DNA from: Azolla caroliniana
Lineage: Eukaryota > Plantae > Polypodiophyta
Assembly: GCA_043228905.1 (NCBI GenBank)
Contig: JBHGNT010000020.1
Coordinates: 14,012,001-14,076,000 of the forward strand
Length of the DNA: 64,000 nt
Direction: 5' to 3'
Within the stretch, counting starts at the first letter, position 1. Each line of letters opens with the position of its first letter. The notes under the pieces are model-generated. The model worked only from the letters and a program-made list of their open reading frames with translations, was not told where the DNA came from and did no database searches. Both the position numbers and the translations under genes were made by a program. This document shows, one piece after another, positions 25,700 to 40,863 of this stretch.

Positions 25700-28600
25700 C
25701 TAGGAGTTGCATGCTCTTTCATATTTGCTTCGTAACTTCTCCAGCTTCTTTTTTAAAGTTATGCATTTGTCAACCAAAACTCTCCTTTCCTTTTGTTCCT
25801 TCTGTAACAAGTAAAAGTAAATTGCTAAGTTTGATTCATAATGTTTTTACGATACATGCTTATATTACTTTTTGTATCTGACAATTCCATAAAAACATTT
25901 AGTTAGGGCCTTAAAGATAAAGGGAATAGACCATTTAATTATTTTGTTTTGAAAATAGTGTAGCCTTTTCTATTTACAGTACAAAGCAAAAAATGTGGCA
26001 TTCTATAGCGCACATGTAAAATGTAATGCAACTTCATGGAGCAACTCAGATAGAATTGAATTTTGATTGCCTCGAAAGTTATAACTTCTTTGTACCTCAT
26101 AGGCAAACTCAAATTGTGCTGATCTATTTACAGTAGCAATCAGAACCCTTGATTGTTTGTTCAACAAATCCTCTAAACTGTCAATCTTTTGTTGGAGCTC
26201 AATCGTTTTGGTTGCTTCGTTCTTTGCAAGTGTTTCTATACACATTCTCTGCACATCTATTTTCCAACAGAAACAATGCTATGAGAGAAAGAGAAGAATA
26301 TATGAATACTATGAAATCAACATGCATTAGCATCCAGAACGATAAGGTAACCAAAAGAATGATCATGATCAGTGCACTAAGCCCTCTAGTTAGGTTTTAT
26401 CTCATACCTAAACCAAAATCAATGGTTTGAATCCATTCCAATTCTGCAATTTAGGTTTTAAATAAACAATTACAATAACTTTAAACTTATGAAAGATATA
26501 GGCAGTAGAATTCCCTGATATTTGGTAGTATATCATCTCCAGTCTCCTGGTTAGATAAGTTCCCATATAAAACAGAAAGTCAAGTGTGAAATTCTGTTTC
26601 AACCCTTTCACAAAAGAGTATTTTCCATTGGACCATTATACGCACAGATTTATACTTCTCTGACAGCACACTTTTAAGAGATGATCTTTGGCTGTACGAT
26701 TCTATGTTTGGATCATATTATACCCCTATCATGGTTTTCCATTTTGGCTGCTTCAAGGCATTATTCATGTTGCACTCAATCATCTCTAACATGAAACAAA
26801 ATTGAGTTCATGCTCAGCCCATCTTTCTTCCTTTATCGTCTTTGATGTTCTCTGTTATTGTTCTATTACCATCTTTGACATAGACTCATCCCAAACCTAA
26901 CATGAAAGAGTTATCCTGTGAGAGGCTACAGTTCTCAACCTCTAATGAAATGCTTTCACAGATTTTCCCCTCGTAGCCATCCTCAGAAGACACATATATG
27001 CCTCGAAATTTCAGATTCTACAGCAGCTCAGAGGCGAGATATCTAATGTGGTGCAAGACATGCCATCAAGAATGTGACAGCATCAGGTCTCGTTTAATTA
27101 ATGAACGGACTCACAATATGTAAACACCTTGATTACTGTGAGCCACCTGATATACATCTTGTATATGTATTTATACAATTCTAAAACTTTAATTATATGT
27201 CTGAAATAAAAAATAATATATGATGGCTTTAATAATGTACTATAAATATACAGGACAAGAACCTTGGCATAAATTTAACTTCTAAGGATTCTTAGAACAA
27301 ATTGAGGTTTCAACAATCTCTTACCAGCGACACTTTCTAAACAAAGCACATCTTGCAAAGATCCTCCACCATGGACACCACCGAAAACAATTAGGCGCCT
27401 TTTATGAAATGTCATTGTGTGTAGAGATCGTCCAATCATTGTTCCATTTCCTCCAATATTATTTGACGAACTGATACATGGTCTCAATACGTGCCAACAT
27501 GTCCAAATATTTCTTTTGACATCAAAACTATAGACATCTTCAAGGTATTTCTCTCCATCAAATCCTCCGTAAACCACTATATGCTCTCCAACAACTTCCA
27601 TTACATGATGCCTTCTTGGTGATGGTCCTCCCTTCGTGTCAAGGAGAACCCAACTCAAACTCTGTAAGTCTATACAATGAAGATCATTTAAATGCAAAGT
27701 ACCATCAAAGCCACCAAAAATGTACATTTTGTCTCCAACAATAGCAGCTCCATGACCACGGCGTTTTGAGGGAGGAGTTCCAAAATATTCAGGACAGGAC
27801 CATGACAAAACGTGCAAATCAAATATCCAAACCTCATTCAAATGGCCATTAGATGTACTATAGCCACCAAAGACTACCATGTATCGTCCTTGATAAAGGC
27901 AACTCGTATGTTGAGATAATGGACATGGTTTTGAACCTATTGAATATCTGGGCTGAGACCACCTACAAGAGTCTGAAAATATCGTGAGCATCCATGTTTT
28001 TCATGTATATTAAAAATAGATGACTACAAAGAAATTAAAATCAACAAAGACTCACTTCCATCATCTGAGAAGGATAGGATCGAAAGGTCACATGATTGCA
28101 AACTTCCATTAAAGCCACCAAACACAATCATTTTATTCTCAAATGCACATGCTGTGTGGTTCCATATTGGTCCAGTACATGCACTTCCCATCTCCGCAGA
28201 AATAACAGGAACTCTCCATTTACCAGTTTCTATGCAAGAAACAGAAATCGTATCAAATAAAATAATTCAATCTGTGATTCACAAGTAAATCTAAACTATC
28301 GATCTGTCATAAGTCAGTGGCACGAGCACAAGCAAGCCTGATCTAGAACCTCTAGCAAAGCAGCATCATAATAGAAGATATAAGTCAGTCTTATAGATGG
28401 AATTTGGTCTAAGTTTTATAGTTGGGTATCCCCATTATCTGTACTTTGGTTTCAAAGACACTTAAAAGAACACCATGTTACTATAATGAAAAACAAAATC
28501 CTTTTTATGGGCTTGGTACCTACAAAATTTAAAAGTAATATTGTTACCTGTATCAAAAATATATACATCATCGAATGAAGTTTCTCCATTATAACCACCA

Positions 28601-31600
28601 AATATAACAATGAATGTCGATAATTTATGACCAGAAAAGCAGGAAATAGGTACACTAGTATGTCCAGCACGAGATAAAGGTCCATCCTCAGCTTCATGAA
28701 AGATAGGAGTCCATTGCAAGTTGACTGTACAAACCCATTACAAAATCTTGATTCCAACTAATTCTTAAAGATAGACAGTACAAAAACCAGAATATCATAT
28801 TTTCCCTTTCTTACAGACACACCTTCCAGAAAAGACAGGTTATGCTGCAGTAAAGATGCAGTATTGTCTATAATTTTCTGAGAAGCATCTGCTGACCCAT
28901 CTTTTCCATTGTCAAATGATGAATAGAGCTGCTCCTTCTCAACATTCAGTTTTTGACATTCTCTCAACTGCACATCAATTAGCTTCATTTTCTCTTCCAA
29001 AAGATGCATACTCCGTTGAGCACTATGGGTCCTATCGAAAGGAAAAGAAGAAAGTTCAAATAACTTCAAAATTTGCTAAAGGTAATAGATTCTAGGATAG
29101 TCAACAATTCCACGAATAAAATTTTGAAACACATATGCAATACCCATTTCTAGCAAAATATGCTACATGGTGCTCTAGTTTAGAGTGCTAAGAACATAAA
29201 TGATACACAATTTCTGTGAATTTGATCATGGGCGACCAGCTTCATGAGATATCATATAGTGGCACTGGCATATAGTCATCCGACTTGATGTTTACATACC
29301 CTATTGTTTCAAGCTCATACATCTATCATCTTTAGTTTTGTCAACATCATATACAGCTTTACACCTACAGTAAGGGTCAAGAACAATTTCTGCAGGCAAT
29401 GGGTTTTATGCAGATGTCAATCAGTGATACAATTTTTTGCGTAAAAAATACACTCTTTGCTGTGACGGTGATACTATTTTGGGAACCAAAGGGAGGGCTT
29501 TGTTGCCTCTGAGACTTGATGCTCATGCTTCTTCTTTCAGGGGAATCACTATACTCTTCCAGCTTGAATTTTTCATTATGAGACCCCAGCGAGTCACTTC
29601 CATTAGAGAGCGCTACCCAGAAGTGAGGCCTAATGTCCATGAATTTACCTTTCCACGTCCATGGATTGAAATCATTGTTGGGTCTGAGCTGTGGTAAAGG
29701 AACCAATACATGAGTAATTACTTCAAGGCTTGTTTCTCTGCCTCGAATTTTGATAAAATATTTAAGAATACACCAAAGACTCAGAGTTAAGAATCCACTT
29801 CTAGAGAAGAACACTAAAAATTGGGACAAAAAAGTGAGACACCATTTTCTCATAAATTTGAAAACGTAAATAAATGTTGGGTTGATGAGCAGCAATGCAA
29901 ATTTGAAGACGTAGATAAATTTTGTAAATCTTTTGGGCTAAAGCTATGACACAAGATTGTCCACCCTTAGCCTCCACCTCCTTACTGTTTAGCTTGATTA
30001 GGGAATTTCAAATTTAGTGAGCTAGGAAAGAAATATAAATGTAAAGAATATTGTAATCAAGACTAGAATCAAATCAGAACGAAGTATTGGTGGAAAGATA
30101 TACATTCCAAAACTAGCTAAATCATTATATCACCTGCTCATTTCATGATATAGCAACCAGGAAAATAATGCCTTTTTTAAACTTTGAATGTCTCTTTGTT
30201 TTTGCCTATAGAGAGCCCATGATTTAAACTTTATAGTTTGAACAACATGCAACCGCCATCCATTCAAAGCAGCTAATCTGCAGACCATTGCAAAAGAAAT
30301 ATTCATACCAAAAATGAGAGAACCTTCAACTAGGTTTAAGAAGAAATAATTCTGAGCTGCATTTATTTTGCACAATAAGAACTTTTTACCCTCTTTTTGA
30401 TGATTGAACTAGTATGAAATTGTTAATTAGTTTTTTCTGCAACGTTCGAGATGCCAAATGTGAAAAAACTACTTGTTTGCTGTGCCTTTCCTTCTTCATT
30501 ATCAAAAATGTCCTGAAATCCCTTTTTCTTTTATTTCTACTTGCTCCCTGGAACAAATGTTGGAAACATTTTCTCTTGATCTTGTAAAGGCTACGATGTA
30601 TAAATGACATACTTCTTTCAGATATTGTTCGCTTATTTTTGGTGAGCGTATACCAGCACTTAAATGACATTTGACTCAATATGGTCTCCCTCTGCTTGCT
30701 GCTTGCAAGTAAATGTGTAGCCTTTTCAACAGTTTTTCTATGAAAAAATATCCATCTAGATAAAATTGTGCATTTAACCTTGTTGGCGTAGAATTGCCCA
30801 GCCAAATATTGGTAATTTGCAGCTGTCTCTGCAAGTTGCAACCATCGATTCCATGCTTTTCTAAAATAACATCTAAACCATGCCATCTTAGCTCTATTAT
30901 ATTGCCGCTTTCTATATAGTGCTTTGCTACAAGCCAACCTCCAAAAACTGTTCAATTTTCTAATCACTCCTTGAGTCCTCATTCGCAAAACAACCTTGGA
31001 CACTGTCTGGGCAATCCTTTCCCTTCTGGAAAATTGGTGCCACCAATAAATACTTTGAGACATAATCCATTTCCTTCTATGAGTTAGGCATCTTTGTAAT
31101 ACCTGCCTCTTTCTTTTGACTAAAAGGAGGCCATTTCGGAACATTCCAAACCACTTGAATAACACTCTTTGATCCCAGATATGGGCCAATTTCATGAGCA
31201 CCTATTATTATGAACTTTATCAATGTTAAAAAACTTATACTAACTATAATCAACCTCCAGCAGAGTATACTATCATTTACAAATGATATAAGTATGAATC
31301 ATGAGATGGTTCATATATAATTTCCAAACAAGTGCCAACAAGAAGAAAATACATTATTTATTAATAAGAATTTCCAGGATAAAAATCACAATGATTTCAT
31401 AGATTCATGGAAACAATACTCTAGAATTCTATTGCAGGCTTAAGGATGTGAAAACTGTAACAGTGGCTTCATCTACGAAAAAATCTTCAAAAATTTGATC
31501 AAGACCCTGTTGAAGAGAGGGAGCCAACTTACGCGTAGCCACTAGCTCGCCCTAACTTCTACACTGGCAATCCTACCATGGGGGAATGGTGTCTTCCCCA

Positions 31601-34600
31601 GCTCTTGGTTCCTCATCAGACAACCACTCTCCATTTCAACAATTCCCACCAAGAAACCACACTATGGTGTCCTCTGTCCACTTATCCGTTTCATCATCAT
31701 TGTTGCCCGGATGTATGGGTGAACCCCATTGAGAAACATTTGAATCAAGATTTTTTCTAGTGATCCCTTCCCAAAGAGCATGTGTTGCAACAATAATGGG
31801 AACTTTTGAGCATAAGTGTCTGACTGTTCATGTTTTTGCTCCAAGTGTTGTAGTTCAGAGACAATCTCTCCCGATGATTATAAGGCCAAACAAGAGATTA
31901 CGTCTTAAGTGTTGTCTCATCTTTGAGAACAGCAAATCAAAATAAATAGATGTTAACAAGTAAAAACGGGTAAATAAGATAAAAGGAGACTAAAGAATCT
32001 TGTTATCGGTACACATAAGATTATCACGTCAAATATATTGTAGTTTTTTCTACAAAATATCTCTAGCATAGGTCAATCCAAAATGGAGAGGCATCCGAAG
32101 TGCGGAAAGCACTTGCAATGGCAAGAGATAATGGCCTTTATCTGTCAATGACACGGGTGGTAAGATCGTGGTCCATGGGGTTGGGGCCTATGTGCACAAC
32201 AAATTGCTATTGCCTGATCTATTGTAACCCCTTTGTTATGCCTTGTTCGAGACATCCGGAGAATGTAACTAAAACAAACATGAGAATTGATTGACTAGGG
32301 CTTTTAAATAGGCCCACGCCGGCTGGCAATATAAAAAGAAGCCTGTCCTATAAGATAAATGGTATGTAAATTTGGAATGACAGATATTGGTGAAAAACTA
32401 GACGAAGACACGAAGAAGAGTTGTTTGTTCCGCTTCTTCCAATCTGCATGAGCTGGGTACTAGAGCTTCTATAAGACGTAATGACCTTATCAATACTACT
32501 TACTAATGTTATGGTACTTTCACTTCAGAAAAAAGAGCATTAGAAAATAACTTCACAAACTAACATTTAACCACTTTATTCCTGACTGACATTTAACATC
32601 CTTTTAATAATTTTATCAATTCAGTACATATATTATGTTAGCAACCTGTTTTTCTTTGTAGAGAGTACCATATCTGCACCATGATGAGAAGAAAGCCGTC
32701 AGTTTCTTGAAATGGAGAATGGTTTGAGCACGTTGTAGAAGTGCAGATTGTGCCAATTGATTTTTGGTAAGTAAGACAGACACTTGACTCTGAGCATCCT
32801 CGATTTTCTTCAAGCGTTCTTCATTACAATGCACTTCTGTTTCCCACTCAAATGCTGCAGTTTTGGCCTGCGATATTCACTGTTAATTTCAATTTATTCT
32901 GCATTCTACAGGTGTGTCTATGTGTGTGTCTTCAACCTAGTGAACAAAAACTTAAAGAAATCATGCTTCCATTTGCAGTCCTCCTCCTCTAACTCGTACA
33001 TAAACAAACAGCATGCATGCATACATGTAATTAATCCCACCAATGAAAATGTCTACTCTTATATGCATGTGTTTTTTAACTTGCTGAACTAGTTTCTAAT
33101 AAATATGTTATTAAGATATTTATCATAAAAATATACAGAAAATACAGCTAACATTGCAATGAAATGCAAGGCTACACTAATTCAGCTCAAATTTTCAAAG
33201 ACCTTAAATTTTTTACAGACCATTGTCTATGAAAATGATGCTCCCATTTCACATCAAGAATACGCAGCATAGCTGAATTTTCATTGTGCATTCATATCAT
33301 ACAAATATTGTATGGATAACAATGTTTCCATCACAACTCGAATGATAGGCAGCAGCAGATAAGAAGAAATATATCTCTATAATAGTGAAACATATATGAA
33401 ATAGTGTATCACTAAAATAGACAGCCAATTTCTGAATAGTCTGTACCAAAGTCTACAAGAACAATTATGTGCAAGTGTACTATATATCAATAAATATAGA
33501 TATGGCTCATGAGTTATTAAACATGAAAAGAAACCACGTGAATTGTTATGTTCCACATCTTTATGAAATTTACTATTTTATTAGTTTTGTATGATTTATC
33601 TATTGACATTCCAATATAGAAATCTAACAAAGATGAGAGCATCCTTTGTGCTTCTATAAAAAGTATGTATTTTCCAGGTGTACTGATAATGAGATCAAAA
33701 GCACTTACTTCTTTTAATAAGCAAGTAAGTTCCTCGTTTTGATGCACTAATTGAAGTAGGGCTTTGTTTTTCTGGCACTCCCAATCAGATGTTCCCTGAA
33801 ATTTCAAGAAAGCAAAATTAAATTACCATAAAGAAACATTTGTTTCTGAATTATATACACTCAAATAGTCAAGGGAGGCAAGAGTGCTTGGGGGCAAAAT
33901 GAGCACTTTGTCATATGTGGGGGGTTTCTATACCTGGTGACATGTATATATGTACATAAAAATCCATCCTTTTTATGGAATTCAAATATTCACTGAAATT
34001 GGTGAATTTTCTGGCATTGATACATTTCATGGAATTGAGGATAGTGTTTATGTTAATGAAGTAGCATGTATAAAAAACTTATCAACAGAAAATACTGGGT
34101 GTATATATATAAATGTATGAATGTATGTATGTATGTATACACCAACTATTTGAAATAGTACACATTATTTCATTTATTCTTGCCTATTCACTGAAATTGG
34201 TGAATTTTCTGTCATTGATCCATTTCATGAAATTGGGGACAGTGTTTACGTTAATGAATTAGCATGTATAAAAAAAACTTATCAACAGAAAATACTGAGT
34301 GTATGTATATAAATGTATGTATGTATGTATACACCAATTATATGAAATAGTACTCATTATTTCATTTATTCTTGCCTATGCAACAGCAGATGAGATTGAA
34401 ATCTTCTCTGCCAAGGTATATCCAGTATGAGGTAAACCATCTACTTACATCATACCATTGTTCAAACAGACAATATTTAAACGAAATTCCTATATATGCA
34501 TTCATCTTTAGAGAGAAATAAAGAGTTTTTATGTCTAAAACATAAAGGTTGAGAAAGAAAAAAACTTTTATATTTAAAACATAGATGTGCTGCAAAGAAA

Positions 34601-34855
34601 CGAAAGCTTTTAGACGTAAAAAAAAAATAACAGAGAGATCTAGGAAGCAAAAAGATATGGCACCTTGAAGGAGGAATTAGTGGCATCATGAGAAAGATGA
34701 AGCAGGAGAGAGTCTCGTACTTGCCATCGATTTCGCAGAATCTACAGATAAATGAAGAAGCAAAAGAATCAATGGAAAGAAGATGGTGGAAAAGGGGAGA
34801 GAGAGAGAGATTTCGTTGTGTGACGATAGCTTACCTCGGGTATGGAATCCTCCAT
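25700..34855 (-). CDS. Multi-exon protein: N-terminal coiled coil, Sfi1-like Trp repeats, coiled coil, six-blade Kelch propeller, C-terminal coiled coil
   Basis: Phase-consistent exons 34855-34835, 34741-34721, 33795-33709, 32867-32646, 31201-30390 and 30277-30134; unresolved exons about 29700-29000; then an exon ending at 28823, Kelch exons 28724-28548, 28229-28056 and 27972-27325 (FGGYNG, FGGFNG, FGGYST, FGGFDG, YGGFDG, FGGVHG); further exons about 27150-26095; last exon ...KKKLEKLRSKYERACNS* with TAG at 25702-25700. Confidence 0.72.
33988..34377. repeat. Intronic tandem duplication, unit about 198 bp
   Basis: attcactgaaattggtgaattttctg...tcatttattcttgcct occurs at 33988-34185 and 34186-34377 with scattered differences. 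Confidence 0.9.
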
Positions 34856-36411
34856 GGCAAGAACTGTTGTCTCTCTCTGCGAGATAGTTTGCGTATATGT
34901 GTGTCTGTGTTTGTGGGTTCAAATTCTGCATAGTTTTTTTGAATGTTTTTTTAACATAGGAGGGTGTGGCTCCTAAGGCTTCTTTCTTTCTCTTTCCTTA
35001 TGCATGGCTTCTTGGGAAGTCATCAAACCCCAATAGAACTAGAACCTATGATGCAAAATCATTTTAAGAGAGCATTAGAAGAATGTTTGGCTAGATTAGT
35101 GATGGTTTTGGTCTTGGTGGCTCTTTGGTTTACCCCGTCCACATGATATGTTTACTCCGGACTTGCTCGTTCTTTGCATTGTTAGAATGTTGGGCTAGAC
35201 CCGCCAATTGTTGTTAGTGTTGTTGTTGGCGATGTTGGTGTTTTGTTAATGGTTTGCTTTGTCCATATGGTATTTTTATTAGAGACTCATACTTAATAAG
35301 AACAAGACCTTACAACCTCATCCTATGTTGTGCGATTTATTACTGAGGTCTTGATTGTTCATTTACCACCTATATGATCTATCATAAGGTTGTTCATCTA
35401 GATTCACACTTTGTTGTGAGTTTCCCTTGTCCATGTGGTGTGTTTACGTGCGACTTCAATCATAATATAATGGAAATACTTTACAACATCATAGGTATGC
35501 ATAGTGCAAGTTGCAGAGTTAGGTTTTTTATGGCTCACAATGTCACGTGGTATGTAAAACATGCATATGTGTTTTCTAAGCGGGAAAGGGTGAAAAGTGC
35601 TCCCTTAAGCAAATAGTTAATGCCTTGCTCGCGTTTAGTGAGATTTTGACCATTCCATCATTTCAATTATTACCAATAACAAATCATGTACATCTTGTTC
35701 TCATTGTTATTATGCTCGTCAAGCTAGTTATGAAGAACATTGTGGCTTGTATTCCTGTATAGTTTCACAAATGGCTCATAAGGCAATAGTGTTTTGATAC
35801 TATTTCTATAATTTTTACAACCCGAACTGTGCCTTGATATTGAGTAAGTAGAGGTTATTTAAATGAAATTTAAATTATCCATGAGACATGCAAAGCTATT
35901 TATGAGTTCAACAAAACGAACATGAACTTAAATAAAAACAACATTAGGGTTTATTCCATTTCGCAACCTTTTCTATATTTGTTGTGGATAGAAAGGGGAA
36001 AATAGAGGTCATGTGGGTTGCATGGAACCATCAAGCACCCCTTAGAAGCTTAGGGGGGAGGGGTTGCAATATTGGATTAATTATTGTTGAGATATCAAGC
36101 TCAACTAGATTTAGTTAGTTAGTTAACACACATAACTTAGTAGTTACCTAGATAGAATCTAGTTAGCGTGTTGTCCTTAAAGCCTTACATAGGATTTTGT
36201 ACTTGAGTGGGATACATTGTAGATCCTCCACTCCCATGTTCATTTAATATAGGACTTACACCTTTATACCTGTATTCTACTCACACATGTGCACCTTTGG
36301 ACGTGAGATGCATATACTATATATACCTCATTGTGGATATTTTTGTATTACATGATGCTTTTTAATATAGTTAATAATCCCCCATATTGTCTCGTTGTTC
36401 ATAAGTGTAAC

Positions 36412-36414
<3 letters not shown>

Positions 36415-36447
<33 letters not shown>
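36415..36447. repeat. (CT)n microsatellite
   Basis: About 16 CT units. Confidence 0.9.
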
Positions 36448-36451
<4 letters not shown>

Positions 36452-37407
36452 TCTCACACACATACGCACACATATCACATAACCTTCCGCAGCTTAACTT
36501 AATCACATCATTAGGTACTAATTAACCCTTGCTTAATTACCTAATTATTAATGATTATCTATTCATATGATGACTCATAGACCTTTGTTACTATAATATA
36601 TTTATATTACACTCACAACCACGAAGATCTATCATCCAATATTTCAATTGTTATGCTAGCATGGAAAGAAGAGTTTACACTCTCAAATCAATCACTTATG
36701 TCTTTTAGGAGTCTATGAAGTGTGAGATGCAATTGATGCTCAATCTCAAAGGTTTTTGGACTTTGTTGAGGTGTGAGAGGAAAGGGATTTTGGGGTATTT
36801 GTTTGGTTGGTCTGGAATCATATTTGTATGTCAAAACAACTTGGGGGCACAACATTATGAAATCTCTATGAACATATGGTGTCTCACCAATGTGCCTTTC
36901 TCAAGGCCATGTTTGAGGGCCAACAACCATGAACAAAAATCGTTGTGCTCTTAATAAAGAAAGTAGGCATTCGACATGGTAAGAGAAGGATTATAAGTAC
37001 TCGGTATCACGTGGCTAATAGTGATAGACAAACTAAAAGTGTTAGATCAATGATTATTCACCATTCCGTGAGGTTGTATCATAGTATATTTGAGTATGTA
37101 GAGTAACATCTTCCTTTGGAAAGAGAAAAACTCAAATTCCTTGCAACTCAAGTTGTTGGTAACATCTCGTTCAATGGAATGGGAAGGTAACTGAGCTCTT
37201 TGAGCATAGTTTAATTGTAAGGCTCAATTGCGTTTAGTTATTAAATGATATATCATACTAGAATTCCAAAAAAGAATCATGGAATTTAAGATAGTGAGAA
37301 GGTATTGTATCCCTCCTAATTATTGATAAGGGATAGATACAATGGGAATGGGTGCGGTTCACTTTATATTGTACCCAATCTATTGTTGTTATACATTATG
37401 TCCCTAT

Positions 37408-37666
37408 ACAATTAATATGTACGAGAGAGAAAGAACATAAATCATTTGATGAAAGTTATTAGCGTCTATGGGGGTTGGTTATTTAGTATTGTCTCGTAAT
37501 ACCAAACTAAAACATTTAAGGGATTTTCCAATCCCAGACAATTAATATTTATGAGAGAGAAAGAACATAAGTTGTTCGATGAAAGTTATTATCGTCTTTG
37601 GGGGTTGGTTATTTAGTATTGTCTCGTAATACCAAAGTAAGACATTTAAGGGATTTTCCAGTTCCT
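37408..37666. repeat. Tandem duplication, unit about 130 bp
   Basis: acaattaatat...gagagagaaagaacataa...gggggttggttatttagtattgtctcgtaataccaaa...aagggattttcca occurs twice. Confidence 0.9.
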
Positions 37667-40600
37667 AACAAAGTACATATAGGGGACCAAGGCTATAGGT
37701 TGAGCTTTGTATGATACTTAGCGACCATTGTAACGAGAGCTTTGGCTTGTTTTGGTGGATTCATTGAGAGAACAATTGAATGTGCATCCGTCATGTATAA
37801 TAAGCAAAGGAAAATATACTATAATGAGTTTGTGTCACGAACCCTGCTAGAAGTACATTTACACATTCATCTGTTATTTCCTTGTTTCAAAGCGAAAACA
37901 CCCTTTCATGTTGGGGTGTTTTTTCGTTGTTTAATATTATGTAATTTTTTTTTCCACAAAAGGAGCCACTTTCCCATTAGTTAGTTAGGCGAGCTTTTTA
38001 CACAAAAAAATTATACAAGTATATAAGACGGGGAGACATATGCCTACGATTCTCATACTTAAAGGGATTTAGCTCAATTAAAAATGTTTGGGTTGATTTT
38101 AATGCAAGAGGATTTATCAAATCAATGGAACATTGAAAAACTACCGCTCACATTAACCATAACACCAAATTTACCCATAATAATATATAAAACATCAAAT
38201 TTGCCCGTTGTGGTAAAGTAATTAATGAATATTTGTAAGTCAATGACAAATTGTCAAATTCTCTCTCCCTCCTTCAACTTCAAACACACACACATTTCAC
38301 CTCTCACGAGTCACGTCGAACTTACATGAGATAAAGAGAGCATGGGGTTGATTAGAGAGACGCGTGGAGCATTAGAATTAAAGGCAAAGTAAAGTGACTT
38401 GCAATCATTGAACTACATTAACTACATTGTCTTTCTCGAGAGGGGTATGTAATTGTTCTCAATATATTACTAGGAGTAAATTTTTAAAATTTTCCATTGA
38501 ATGAAAGGCAAAAGTAAAACAATAGATCTATGTTATGTGGAGTCTGGACACCTTGTATTTAAATTTTAGACTTGTATATCTGTTCATTTTATAATTAATC
38601 ACATGTTTAATGAAAATAAAACCAATAAACATCTAACTTTCCATTCAAACATAAACGTACACAAGCCATTAATCACTTTTATTCCATATAATAGTTTTGG
38701 TCACTCATTGATGTATGATGTATCTCCTGTTCTTCCTCTCTTAGTGATTCTTATGTATGAATGCTTTTTTTTTATCTTTTGTTGATATGTTTACTTATTC
38801 TCGCCTTGCTGAGTCAAATTTTCTTCCCCTCTCTCCCTCTCTCTTTCTCTCTTACAAATATGTGGTCATGTAAACATGATATCCGTAATAATTGTTTTCA
38901 TTACCCAATAATATCAAATGCCGATGTTGCAAACTTTCTTCTTGTTCAAGAATATCATAGTACTAGTAACTTCCAACATAGAGGCACGATGCACCCCACT
39001 AAGCAGTTAACGATAAAGGATATGTGTTGTTTTCATTAGTATAGCATTGGCAAGAGTGGAACTTTAATTTGGCATTGCCTCAAAATGTAGATGAGAGTAA
39101 AACAACAAATATCCTTGGATGTTACATTTGTTAAACGGAACTAAGTAAATTGGACTTGGACTTTTAAAACTCTTTGGGCTTATATTGCTAGGTTACTAAT
39201 CAAGGAAAACAATGTTAAATGAGAGCAAAAAAACTATATTAGGAAACTATTTAGGAACAATAATGATACGAAACCATTCTATTGTGTGATATTGTGTCAT
39301 GCACTTGAAGATTATACAAAATCACATTTAAATATTTGAATTCTGGAGTTTTTTTCCTAGTAGTGGGGAATCGGGATGACTCAACACACAATATTTGGCA
39401 TACAACAATTTCAAGTAATGATAGAATTCATGACAAGGAACCTCTTGCCAAGTACAATAATAAGATGATAAAAGCTATTAGAAAAACAGAACAAGATAAA
39501 TGAATCAATGATAGGCACACTATAACTAATGTTTTTGTCCTAATAGAAATTATTGAAAAAACAGAATATGGTTACATCATACTTTCTTTGAGAAAATTCT
39601 AGGGTTCTCTAATGATGGAAAAGACATCTCATAATGAATACTTAAGACTTTTGTTTCCTTGATGAGCACCATCAAGTTTCCTTTGCCATTGATTGAAAAA
39701 ATAGGAAGTTTTGAGGAAATACCACAACAATTGAGGATTTTGGCAAAAAAAATGTTATCTAAACATCAATTGTGTAAAACTCGTAAAGCTAAAGTTTTGC
39801 ATGGGTATGCATAGAACTCGTATTCTTCTCTAAATCCGCTTTATGGTAATGAATCAAGTCCTATTGGGTAACATGAACATCCTACCCCTTGGTCTAGTAA
39901 ACTCTTACAAAGAATCAACGTATCATGGATGAGCATATTATATAATTCAGATAGTGCATGACGACATAATACTGATATCATTGATCAAGTCGATGAAGCT
40001 ATAATCCAGAAACAAAGATATAATCAGTAGTGTGGACCGACATACAACTTTGGCGTATGAAATGGTATTGTTATCGTTCAAGGAATACTTACAACGACAC
40101 TACAATTATTGGAAGCATAACTACAACTCTTCAGGATAGTGGGGTCCCAATGCAAATATGTGGCCAAAGATAAAGACTAGCTCATAAATGATAGTCAAAT
40201 GTGATCTTTTGAGTGGGGGTAGGGACAATTCAAAGACATAAGTATCCTCCCTCTCTTAAATAGCTTGCATTGGTTTAAGATATTTTTTCCAAATATTGCT
40301 TTTGACTGATGTGATAGCATTGTGGATAAGACCACTCCACTCCATTTTAATAAATAAATAAATAAATAAATATATGTATAGAGAGAGAAGATTGATAGGA
40401 TAGCTATTAATATCGAAATAACTAGAGTCCAGCACCATGACTCCTTAACCAAATTTGGGGGTTTTGAAATAACTAGCACTATGGATGTATTTATGCTCAT
40501 TATGAAATTGATCTATTGTTATTAAACATGAGGCCAATACTTTGTGGATATCTCTATTCTTCCTTGGCTTCTTCATATTTAGATTATGTCCTCACTCTAT

Positions 40601-40863
40601 GGTTCATGATTGGCAATCCAGGTTTCTTATTACCCCTCCCTAATCATGATTATCAATATTGCTTAATGTGCCACCCTAACATATGCCGGTAATTAACTTG
40701 ATTGATCTTTCAACCTCCTCTTAATCATCATGTACTTTGTCTAACTATATTGTTTTGGTTCAAATCCTAACATAATGGAATTTATCACATGTTAAACCTC
40801 TTCTTTATCTCATCCTAATCATGTGGTTAAGTAACCCTAATCACATATTTTTTGTTTTTTTAC

